Positions 1-8,161 of a stretch of 64,000 nucleotides of DNA are shown piece after piece. A program made the position numbers and the translations under genes. A model generated the notes under the pieces. It searched no databases and was not told the origin of the DNA. It saw nothing but the letters and a program-made list of their open reading frames with translations. Within the stretch, counting starts at the first letter, position 1, and each line of letters starts with the position of its first letter. This DNA is from Patescibacteria group bacterium. GTDB lineage: Bacteria; Patescibacteriota; UBA1384; GWA2-35-9; JBASTP01. The stretch is from assembly GCA_049274945.1 (NCBI GenBank), contig JBASTP010000009.1:4441-68440 (forward strand). The letters run 5' to 3'.

Positions 1-189
1 ATTTTGGCAGGGCTCCTCACCGGAGCAGTGCTGCTTCAGCAGCGGGGTACCGCCCTGGGGGGTACGTTTGCTGGTGAAGGCACGGTGTACAGTTCTCGAA
101 GGGGCGTTGAAAAATACCTGTTCTACGCCACCATTTTTCTGGCAGTCGCGTTTATTGCGGTTGCAATCCTTGGCATAATACTCGCATGA
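1..189 (+). CDS. C-terminal fragment of a membrane protein continuing from upstream of the window
   Basis: Frame-1 ORF open to the window edge; ends in a hydrophobic helix IFLAVAFIAVAILGIILA. Confidence 0.3.
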   Translation: MLAGLLTGAVLLQQRGTALGGTFAGEGTVYSSRRGVEKYLFYATIFLAVAFIAVAILGIILA

Positions 190-1544
190 TTATTTCTCCT
201 AAGCCGTGGAGGAGGTTTGGCACTCCGGGTAACCGGCTGATGAAATTTTGGCGCGCGTGGCTTACTAATATTAAACCAGTCGACCGCCTGGCGCTCCTTA
301 TCCTGGCGGTTATTTTGGTTATCAACATCACCGTGTGGCAGGTGGTGGCCGCTCGTCGCGAGCACGCCGTCGAACCAGTCCCAGGCGGTACGTTTACCGA
401 GGCGATTCTGGCCGCCAACCAAGCCGAGGTGGATAAACAGCTTTCCCGATTAACCCACACGGGCCTGGTGCGGTTTGACCAAAACCATCAAATCCAGGGG
501 GCGGTGGCAACGGCGTGGGAGATCAAAGCCGATGGCCGCGAGTATCACCTAACGCTCCAGGATAAGTTCGATGCCCCGAGCGTCCGCGACCAACTGCTTA
601 CTCAAAAAGACACTTTGTCTGACGTAGCGATCGAAGCGCCTGAGGCCCATAAACTGGTGATTACCTTAGTCCAACCGTTTGGCCCATTTCTCGAAGAACT
701 CACGAAACCTACGTTGCCATATGGTCCGTTCGTAGCTAAAAAGCGCAGCTCCCGGGAAATCACCCTGGAGCGGAATCCGGAGGCGGCGGCTCCCCAAGTA
801 CTACTGGATCGGGTGATTGTGAGTATTTACCATGATAAAGCTGATTACGAACGTGCCTGGGCAGACCGGGCCGCCATGGGGTTTATTAACGTGAAAAACG
901 GCACAACTCGCTACCGCCACCACCAACTGGTGCTGCCGCGGGAGATGGTGCTGTTTTTCAACACTGATCGCAAAACATTACTTTCAAAAGATCTCAGGAC
1001 AAAGTTGCGCAACAACGAAAATATTGGTCAAAACGTTCAATTTACAATCACTGCTTCGAGCGTCGAAGCCAGCCGAACGGCCGCCGAAGACCTAAAAAAA
1101 CGATTAGAAAATCTGGGGGCAAAAGTCGAACTTAAGTTTCTTGATTTAACCGAGCTTGAGCAAGATATCATTCCCAAGCGCGACTACGACGCCCTGCTCA
1201 TGGGCATTGATTTTGGCGCCGACCCCGACCCGTACCCGTTTTGGCACTCGTCTCAGATCGGCGGCAAGGGCCGCAATTTGTCCCAGTTTGTTAACAAAGA
1301 CGCCGATAAGCTCCTTGAGCAAGCGCGCTTGATTACCGATCCCACCGCTCGCCAGGAAAAGTATGCCGCGTTCCAAAAGGTGCTCGATCAAGAGGCGCCG
1401 GCGATCTTTCTGGGCAAGCAGGTGGTTGACTACGAGCTATCGACTAAGGTGAAGGGCGCGCAGATTGGCCAAGGGGTAACGGTTTCCGACCGCTTCAGCA
1501 ATGTGCAGGAGTGGCATTTGAAGACTAAGAGGGTGCGGAAGTAA
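186..1544 (+). CDS. ABC transporter substrate-binding protein, family 5 (oligopeptide/dipeptide type), N-terminally TM-anchored; alternative start at 240
   Basis: C-terminal block DYDALLMGIDFGADPDPYPFWHSSQ is typical of SBP_bac_5; N-terminal TM segment LALLILAVILVINITVW. Confidence 0.55.
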   Translation: MIISPKPWRRFGTPGNRLMKFWRAWLTNIKPVDRLALLILAVILVINITVWQVVAARREHAVEPVPGGTFTEAILAANQAEVDKQLSRLTHTGLVRFDQNHQIQGAVATAWEIKADGREYHLTLQDKFDAPSVRDQLLTQKDTLSDVAIEAPEAHKLVITLVQPFGPFLEELTKPTLPYGPFVAKKRSSREITLERNPEAAAPQVLLDRVIVSIYHDKADYERAWADRAAMGFINVKNGTTRYRHHQLVLPREMVLFFNTDRKTLLSKDLRTKLRNNENIGQNVQFTITASSVEASRTAAEDLKKRLENLGAKVELKFLDLTELEQDIIPKRDYDALLMGIDFGADPDPYPFWHSSQIGGKGRNLSQFVNKDADKLLEQARLITDPTARQEKYAAFQKVLDQEAPAIFLGKQVVDYELSTKVKGAQIGQGVTVSDRFSNVQEWHLKTKRVRK

Positions 1545-1567
1545 GCGATTAGATCCTCGGGTGCAGG

Positions 1568-1597
1568 TAAAAAAATCGCCCCTTGGGGGGCGATGTT
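1568..1597. terminator. Bidirectional rho-independent terminator between convergent genes
   Basis: A-run, then hairpin atcgcccc-ttgg-ggggcgat, then T-rich tail, lying between the convergent ORFs ending at 1544 and 1596. Confidence 0.6.
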
Positions 1598-2540
1598 ATG
1601 GTCTCCAAATGAGCTGAGTGGGTTTGCCGTTTTGAGGCGGGCTCATGATTGATTGAAAAGTTATCCTTGTTATTCCCGGTTCTGAAGATTGATCGGTTGC
1701 GGCGAGGATTGCCTCTCGCGCAGTGTCGGTGATCGTTACTTCTCCAGCTTCTGCGTCCTTTGCGTAGGATATCGTTGCCGATATGAGCGACGGCAGTTGC
1801 GGATCGGTCCAGCGTTTTCTGGTCATTTTGCCGTGGTGTAAGGCAGCCCGCAGTTGCAAGCCTTGACTCGCGAGAAATCCGAGTCGAAGCCAAATAGAGG
1901 CTGCCATAATTTCCATTGCCGCTAAAACTGCCATTAAGTCTGCGGGATGAGTGCACGGGCGGTAGAATAAAAAGACCAAGGTACTGCCTGGCGAAAGCAA
2001 ATGCACCCCTCGATCAGTTTGTGCAATCGCCAACGCTTGATTTCGGAACTCCAAAAATAGTTTTAAGGGAGTGCCAGCTAGGCAAAAGCACATCGCTTGA
2101 CGATTGGTGGACCACTCGTCAAGTAACGCACCAAAGCCGTCCTTGAGGGGCGAGAAAGGTTCTTGGTCATGCAACTTCTGCAACTGGATTAATGCCTCAA
2201 CTGTTTTTTCTTGGTGCAGAGCCCTGCCAATCTTTTCGCGCAGCTTGTATCCATCATCGTTATCGAGTGTTTGGGAGTAGGCAATGATGCTCGGGATCTG
2301 CGAGTGCCAGTCAATCAGCTGTGTCAATTGTCTCATCATGTACAATGCCTCTGACCAAAGCCGTTGGTCTTCGGGGTGACGGCTATTAAGTACGCGGGAT
2401 AAAATAACACCGCTCGTTGGTTCATCATTGAGCTCGAATATTCTTGCAATTCTTCCGGCAAAGGATAGTTCAAAAGGTGACTGGCAGCTTGGGCAGACGC
2501 CACCTGAGTGACCTTGCTCACCGCAATGCAGGCAGACCAT
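1596..2540 (-). CDS. Hypothetical protein with N-terminal zinc-ribbon (CxxC...CxxC)
   Basis: 314-aa ORF; N-terminus MVCLHCGEQGHSGGVCPSCQ; no recognisable family. Confidence 0.5.
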   Translation of the reverse strand: MVCLHCGEQGHSGGVCPSCQSPFELSFAGRIARIFELNDEPTSGVILSRVLNSRHPEDQRLWSEALYMMRQLTQLIDWHSQIPSIIAYSQTLDNDDGYKLREKIGRALHQEKTVEALIQLQKLHDQEPFSPLKDGFGALLDEWSTNRQAMCFCLAGTPLKLFLEFRNQALAIAQTDRGVHLLSPGSTLVFLFYRPCTHPADLMAVLAAMEIMAASIWLRLGFLASQGLQLRAALHHGKMTRKRWTDPQLPSLISATISYAKDAEAGEVTITDTAREAILAATDQSSEPGITRITFQSIMSPPQNGKPTQLIWRP

Positions 2541-2680
2541 GACTGACTCCTTTGGCTCGAATGTGAATGTTCGTTACAACTTTATATATACCATTTTTTT
2601 GGCATCTCAACCAGCCCATTGCCTCGTTTCACAAGCTAATACTTTCCTAATAAGCTGCGATCAGCTAAGATATGGCCAAT

Positions 2681-2763
2681 GCCCGCGTGGCGGAATGGCA
2701 GACGCGCTGGCTTCAGGAGCCAGTAGCCGCAAGGCTGTGGAGGTTCAACTCCTCCCGCGGGCA
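2681..2763 (+). tRNA. tRNA-Leu (anticodon CAG), type II with long variable arm
   Basis: Acceptor GCCCGCG/CGCGGGC with discriminator A; anticodon stem CTGGC/GCCAG and loop TTCAGGA; 15-nt variable arm; T-loop TTCAACT. Confidence 0.85.
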
Positions 2764-2795
2764 CATGCATAGGTGATCTCACTCTTGACAACCTG

Positions 2796-2822
2796 TATGA
2801 TAGTGTATGATACTATATGATA
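2796..2822. promoter_or_regulatory. Three direct TATGATA repeats at 10-bp phasing immediately upstream of the RHH-fusion gene (candidate operator)
   Basis: gTATGATAgtgTATGATActaTATGATAgtt ends 4 nt before the ATG at 2827. Confidence 0.4.
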
Positions 2823-2826
2823 GTTC

Positions 2827-3705
2827 ATGGAACGCGAACGGCTTACTATCACGCTGCGCAAGGACCTGCTTACCGAAGTCGACCGCACGATCGACGGTCA
2901 GCGCATCCGCAACCGATCTCACGCCATTGAGTTCCTTTTAGCGCACTCACTCACCCCGCAAGTCTCTCGGGCGATTGTGTTAGCCGGCGGCGCCGGCGTG
3001 AAGATGCGGCCACTCACCCTGGAGCTGCCCAAAGCAATGATTCCCGTGCGTGGCCGCCCGATCTTGGAGCATACCCTCGATACGCTCCGGCGGGCCGATA
3101 TTCGTAATGTTACGGTGCTCGTGGGCGCCCTGGGCGACAAGATCCGCAACCACTTTGGCGACGGTTCGGCGTTTGGTATGAAGATCGAATATGTGCAGGA
3201 AGGCAAGCGGTCGGGCACGGCCGGCGGGCTGCGCAAGGCAGCGAGCAAATCATCGGGCGAGCCGTCTTTTAGGCGAGCCTCGCCTGACGGCGGGCCGCTG
3301 CTTTTAATTTACGGCGACGTGCTGGCGGACATTGATCTTAAGGACATGATCGAGTACCACAAAGATTGCGGCGCCAAGGCCACTCTGGCGGTTACCTCGG
3401 TAGACAAGGCGACTGATTGGGGCATCGTGCGGCTGCACGGCACGCGGATTGTGAGCTTCGAGGAAAAACCAAAGAACCACGTTGGCCAGAGCCACTTGGT
3501 GAACGCCGGCGTGGCGGTGATCGAGCCAAAATTATTGGATGCTATGCCGAATGCCGGTTTTTCCATGCTCGAGCGCGACGTGTTTCCCAAGCTCGCGCGA
3601 GCCGGGCAGCTCGCCGGCTACCTCTTCGAAGGTCAGTGGTTCGATATTGCGACGCCGGAAATTTACGAAGAAGCTCTGAAGAACTGGCAGCCGGTGAAAG
3701 CGTAA
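2827..3705 (+). CDS. Sugar-phosphate nucleotidyltransferase (glucose/mannose-1-phosphate NTP-transferase family) with N-terminal ribbon-helix-helix (CopG-like) domain
   Basis: RAIVLAGGAGVKMRPLT...AMIPVRGRPILEH is the NTP-transferase G-loop; first ~45 aa (MERERLTITLRKDLLTEVDRTIDGQRIRNRSHAIEFLL) fit an RHH fold. Confidence 0.75.
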   Translation: MERERLTITLRKDLLTEVDRTIDGQRIRNRSHAIEFLLAHSLTPQVSRAIVLAGGAGVKMRPLTLELPKAMIPVRGRPILEHTLDTLRRADIRNVTVLVGALGDKIRNHFGDGSAFGMKIEYVQEGKRSGTAGGLRKAASKSSGEPSFRRASPDGGPLLLIYGDVLADIDLKDMIEYHKDCGAKATLAVTSVDKATDWGIVRLHGTRIVSFEEKPKNHVGQSHLVNAGVAVIEPKLLDAMPNAGFSMLERDVFPKLARAGQLAGYLFEGQWFDIATPEIYEEALKNWQPVKA

Positions 3706-3819
3706 ACTTCAGCTGCAAGGGTCAGTGGACGCTTGAAGCTGCGCGTTGACGCTTGAGGCACATTCACAATTTACCGGCCGGAAGGTAGCTACGCTACCAG
3801 GCCAGAAAGGGCGTGGTCA

Positions 3820-4854
3820 GTGAATTTTCTGTCCAGTTTTTTAGGATGTGGGTGTAGGCAAGTGATCTGTAATTACCCGAGTCTGGCTGACATTCCACCT
3901 GAGGAGATCCCTAGGGTATTTGACCTCAGCCTTGAAGCAGAGGCGATCAGGGTCAAACCCGGAGGCTACAACGCCCATGTTATCATGATCCAGACCAAGC
4001 ACGGCAATCCTGATGTCGTCACCAAGCTTTATGGCGACAAAAAACGGGGATTCACCGAAGAGCAGGCAAGGATTGTTGCGTCTCACCTCGTCCACTATAG
4101 GATTTTGCTGACTGATTTCGGAATAGTCATCCCCCAGATGTGCGACATAGCAATCAGTGAGAACAGTGAGACAGGCATCTGGTGGGTGGTGGAAACCGAA
4201 CACTATTCCGGTTCAGACCAGCTGGCGGTGATCCGTACTGGAGCGCTCGAAAGGGTCGAGTGGGTGGTCAGGACCATGCTCGAGAGTTCGCTGCCATTTC
4301 TAACGACGGGCGAGCCGTTACCGATAGGTTTAGACCCACTACCTTCGAACTTCTGCATTTCTGAAGGTGAGACTGTCTTGACCTACGTTGATTTCATGCC
4401 GGTACGTTACGTCGAGGCCGGTGGCAGGGCGCTCGTTGAGTGGCCAGAGCCCACGACAGAACTCGGCTACAAGTTGGGGTTCTGGAAGCACTACATGGCA
4501 GTTGGTCTACTCACCGTAATGTTGACTCAGTTGTGTCGATATCGGCCTGAGTTCAGACCGCATTTCAAACGGGTCATCCTTGAGTTCCTACAACGCAATC
4601 GCGTTGGAAGGATTGCCGAGGAACTTGTCAGCTCACCAGGCTGGGAGATACGACGGACGCCAAACCTCCAAGAATTGGAAGAGCTGGTCGCTCAAAACGT
4701 CTACCACGCGCGTAATCTTGCGTGTGAATTGGCCTTCATAGGGCAGATCTCTCAGGAACAGCTCTCGGAGCTGTTCCGACTCTCTCACTTTGAAGACTCT
4801 TTTACTCTCCCGAAAATTCAATCAGTCGCGGCAGCGATTGCGGCCTTTCTCTGA
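3820..4854 (+). CDS. Hypothetical protein (possible kinase-like fold; weak)
   Basis: 344-aa ORF; followed by a convergent PHP gene; architecture resembles ORF 10980..11930. Confidence 0.45.
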   Translation: MNFLSSFLGCGCRQVICNYPSLADIPPEEIPRVFDLSLEAEAIRVKPGGYNAHVIMIQTKHGNPDVVTKLYGDKKRGFTEEQARIVASHLVHYRILLTDFGIVIPQMCDIAISENSETGIWWVVETEHYSGSDQLAVIRTGALERVEWVVRTMLESSLPFLTTGEPLPIGLDPLPSNFCISEGETVLTYVDFMPVRYVEAGGRALVEWPEPTTELGYKLGFWKHYMAVGLLTVMLTQLCRYRPEFRPHFKRVILEFLQRNRVGRIAEELVSSPGWEIRRTPNLQELEELVAQNVYHARNLACELAFIGQISQEQLSELFRLSHFEDSFTLPKIQSVAAAIAAFL

Positions 4855-4875
4855 TTTTCCTGGGTCCGATAACAC

Positions 4876-5763
4876 TCAGCTGGCCACAACATTGTGGCCA
4901 GCTTTTTTGTCAAGGTAGGTCAAGAACCCAGTGAACTCATCCTCGACTAAGCCAGTTTGGCCTAGGCTGATTTCCGGGTGGTGGATTTCGCCGTGCCAGT
5001 CGCTGCCACCGGTAATTGCCAGGTTGTGGCTTTTGGCGAGCTCAATGAAGTGGGTTACATCAGATTTACTATGACTGCTATGACGTACCTCGAGGCCATC
5101 CAATCCCCCGACGGTTAGCTGTTTTACAAGTGAAACGACGATTTCCTTGACCTGTTCGGTATTGTGGCTGCTTCGTTTGACATCGCCTGGGTGCCCTAGT
5201 ACCGCAATCCCACCAGCCCGGTGTATCAGATCAACCACTTGTTGAGGTTTTGGTACCCAATCACCGTAGGGGAGCCAGGCTGGTCCAGAGCGGCCGATTA
5301 ACTTTTGAGCTTCTTTAAGATCGAGATCATGTCTGGTCATTAATTCCTGAACTATATTGTATCTAGTTACCAGTTTTCCTTGACGCCGCTTAAGGAGTTT
5401 ATTGAAATCGATGGTGTAGTCGGTATGGCGTTTGAGTTTTTCTACGATTTTTATTGCTCGTTGTTCATAGCCTTTCCGAATCGGCTCAATAGCTTCGGCC
5501 AGTAAGCCACCTTCAAATTTTTTCGAATAACCTAGGATATGAATATCGATGCCTTGATGTTGACTTGTGATTTCAATCCCTTGGCAAGTCCACAATCCTA
5601 ACCGAGCTGCCTCGGAAATGGCCTGATCGAAGTGACCAATGCTGTTGTGGTCCGTCAGGACGACACCCTTGAGCCCGGCCTTCTTCGCTCTCTCAAAAAC
5701 GGTGGTAACATTGTAATCACCATCTGAATAGTCGGAATGGCAATGGAGATCGTAGGGATACAT
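4876..5763 (-). CDS. PHP-domain metal-dependent phosphoesterase (TrpH/YciV-like)
   Basis: Starts MYPYDLHCHSDYSDGDY...GLKGVVLTDHNS; C-terminal GGSDWHG motif. The ORF extends upstream to 5985, but the PHP domain begins at the Met at 5763. Confidence 0.8.
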   Translation of the reverse strand: MYPYDLHCHSDYSDGDYNVTTVFERAKKAGLKGVVLTDHNSIGHFDQAISEAARLGLWTCQGIEITSQHQGIDIHILGYSKKFEGGLLAEAIEPIRKGYEQRAIKIVEKLKRHTDYTIDFNKLLKRRQGKLVTRYNIVQELMTRHDLDLKEAQKLIGRSGPAWLPYGDWVPKPQQVVDLIHRAGGIAVLGHPGDVKRSSHNTEQVKEIVVSLVKQLTVGGLDGLEVRHSSHSKSDVTHFIELAKSHNLAITGGSDWHGEIHHPEISLGQTGLVEDEFTGFLTYLDKKAGHNVVAS

Positions 5764-6002
5764 TGCCGAAATTATACCATAAACATTACAAAAAAATGAC
5801 CGGGCGGGGCAGGTCATGGGTGGTAGAGGAGAAAAGAGTGAAAGAAGATTGGCAGTCACAAATGGGCGAGCGCCAGGGAGGTTATGGCTTTGGCGTGATC
5901 GTGGTTCCCTGATGATTTTATCGAGTGTTCGGTTGACTCGGCAGGATTCGGCGTCCCATAATCCGGTTTGTAGGTCAACTCGCATTTTGCTATGCTAATC
6001 AA

Positions 6003-6950
6003 ATGATCATTACTACAAAAAAGCTTTTCGAAGTCGCGTATCAAAAGTTCGCGATTGGGGCGTACAACATCAATAACCTCGAGCAGGCGGTGGGGCTCTT
6101 TCGCGGCAATGTGGAATCCAAGGCGCCGTTTATCATTCAGCTCTCGCGGGGCGCCCGCAAGTATACCGACAAAAAATTGCTTGAGGCCATTATCCGCGAG
6201 TGCGACAAGCTGTACCCCGAAGCGATTTTTGCCGTCCACCTTGACCACGGCGACGAGGATGCTGCCCACGATGCGATTGATTCCGGCTTTTATTCATCGG
6301 TGATGATTGACGCCTCGGACAAGCCGTTTGAGGAAAACGTGGCGATTAGCAAGCGCGTGGTTGACCATGCTCATGCCAAAGGCTTGGTGGTGGAGGCAGA
6401 GCTCGGGCGGCTCGGTGGCGTGGAAGAGGACATTGTAGGCGATGAATCAAATGTATTCCTAACCGACCCTGCCCAGGCTCAAGAATTCGTTAAGCGTACG
6501 CAATGTGACTCCTTGGCGGTGGCGATTGGCACCTCGCACGGCGCGTACAAATTTGCCGGCGCTCAAAAAGTCCATTTTGACCGGCTCGAGGCGATTGCCA
6601 AGGAGTTGCCCGGTTTTCCCCTGGTAATGCACGGCAGCTCATCGGTGCCACAGGATGAAGTGGCGCGCGTGAACGCCGCGGGCGGAACCCTCAAGGGTGC
6701 TAAGGGCGTGGACGAAAACGATTTTGCCAAAGCGGCAAAACTGGGCGTTACCAAAGTCAACATCGACACCGATGGCCGCCTCCTATGGACCCGCGTTCAC
6801 CGCGAGTACTTCCGCGATCACCCCGAAGGGATTGACTTCCGCGACCCGGGCAAGATTTTTATAGCAGAGTACGCCAAGTTGATTGCTCACAAAAACGAGG
6901 TGCTCGGCTCGGCTGGAAAAATAGAAGAAGTTCGAAAGGCGTTGAGCTAA
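6003..6950 (+). CDS. fba: Fructose-1,6-bisphosphate aldolase, class II
   Basis: N-terminus KKLFEVAYQKFAIGAYNINNLEQ, AVHLDHGDE, and the GTSHGAYKF and MHGSS metal/phosphate-binding motifs. Confidence 0.9.
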   Translation: MIITTKKLFEVAYQKFAIGAYNINNLEQAVGLFRGNVESKAPFIIQLSRGARKYTDKKLLEAIIRECDKLYPEAIFAVHLDHGDEDAAHDAIDSGFYSSVMIDASDKPFEENVAISKRVVDHAHAKGLVVEAELGRLGGVEEDIVGDESNVFLTDPAQAQEFVKRTQCDSLAVAIGTSHGAYKFAGAQKVHFDRLEAIAKELPGFPLVMHGSSSVPQDEVARVNAAGGTLKGAKGVDENDFAKAAKLGVTKVNIDTDGRLLWTRVHREYFRDHPEGIDFRDPGKIFIAEYAKLIAHKNEVLGSAGKIEEVRKALS

Positions 6951-6992
6951 TAAGCTATTGAGTTAAATAGGCTAACGGCTAATAGTAAAAAA

Positions 6993-7361
6993 ATGGCGAG
7001 TGATTTTACTGAATTAAGGATTTGGCAAAGAGCCTCAGAACTAGCTACTAAGATCTATAATCTCACTAAAGGATTCCCTAAAGAGGAATTGTATGGACTA
7101 ACAAGTCAGTTAAGGAGAGCTGCCATTTCAGTGCCCGCAAATATTGCTGAAGGGTATGGTCGCCGGAATAAGCAAGAGATCATTCAATTCGTATTAATTA
7201 GTAGAGGTTCTCTTGCGGAGGTTAGGAGCCATATTGCCGTTGCAAAAAACCTAGGTTTTCTTCCTTTGCATGACGCGAATGAAATAGATCAGGAATATCA
7301 GGGTTTAGCTAAAGGTATTAATGTTTTCCTAAAATCTTTCAGAAACTCAAAGCCTATCTAG
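6993..7361 (+). CDS. Four-helix-bundle protein (23S rRNA intervening-sequence protein family)
   Basis: TELRIWQRA...LPKEELYGLTSQLRRAAISVPANIAEGYGR matches that family; the gene is markedly AT-rich versus its neighbours. Confidence 0.8.
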   Translation: MASDFTELRIWQRASELATKIYNLTKGFPKEELYGLTSQLRRAAISVPANIAEGYGRRNKQEIIQFVLISRGSLAEVRSHIAVAKNLGFLPLHDANEIDQEYQGLAKGINVFLKSFRNSKPI

Positions 7362-8156
7362 CTAATAGCTTAAAGCCTTAATGGCTTGCAGAATCTCTTG
7401 ATGGATCAAGCCATTACTCGCCGTGAGGGTAACTTTTTTTTCGGTATCCAGGCTGATTGGCTCGGAAACCGTTACCTTGCCGCCGGCCTCGGCAACCAGG
7501 AGCATACCGCCGGCGATATCATGGGTGTTGATCCGCGCCACGGTGAAAAAATCAACTCTGCCGGCGGCCACGCTGGCAAGGTTGAGCACGGTTGATCCGA
7601 GGACGCGAAACCGTTTGATTTGCGGGCCAAGGATGTTCAGGGCTTTAAGCAGGACGGCATTATTATGGCCGGCTTCGATGATCCCAAATGATTGGGCCAA
7701 TTTGTCAGTTTTTGACACTGTGATTTTGAATGGTTTGCCGTCGCCGCTTGCAAGGTAGGCACCCTTGCCTTTTTGGGCGTAAAACAGCTCACCTTCAACC
7801 GGCGCCGATATTGCGGCAACCACTGGCTGCTTGCCCTTGAGCAGGGCAATGGAAATGGAAAAGTAGGGCAGCCCCGCGGCAAAGTTACCGGTGCCGTCGA
7901 GTGGATCGATTACCCAGGTGTAAGGGGAATCTTTTTTAATAAAGCCGGTTTCCTCGGCGAGGATATTGTGGCTCCCAAAGTTTGCCTGGATAATTTTAAT
8001 AATTGCTCGCTCGGCCTCTAGATCGGCCTCGGTTACAATATCTTTCGGGTTACCACCTTTCATTTCAACCGTTTCGATCTTGCGGAAATGCTTAAGTAAA
8101 ATCTCCGCCGCTTTGTTTACGGCATTCAGGGCAACGTTGAGCTCGTTTGATACCAT
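7362..8156 (-). CDS. Inositol monophosphatase family protein (SuhB/CysQ-like)
   Basis: WVIDPLDGTGNFAAGLPYFSISIAL signature. Confidence 0.85.
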   Translation of the reverse strand: MVSNELNVALNAVNKAAEILLKHFRKIETVEMKGGNPKDIVTEADLEAERAIIKIIQANFGSHNILAEETGFIKKDSPYTWVIDPLDGTGNFAAGLPYFSISIALLKGKQPVVAAISAPVEGELFYAQKGKGAYLASGDGKPFKITVSKTDKLAQSFGIIEAGHNNAVLLKALNILGPQIKRFRVLGSTVLNLASVAAGRVDFFTVARINTHDIAGGMLLVAEAGGKVTVSEPISLDTEKKVTLTASNGLIHQEILQAIKALSY

Positions 8157-8161
8157 AGGGC

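Noticed and set aside
4876-5985. PHP gene extended to 5985 (369 aa)
   Set aside because: The first 74 codons are low-complexity and precede the canonical PHP start MYPYDLHCHS at 5763
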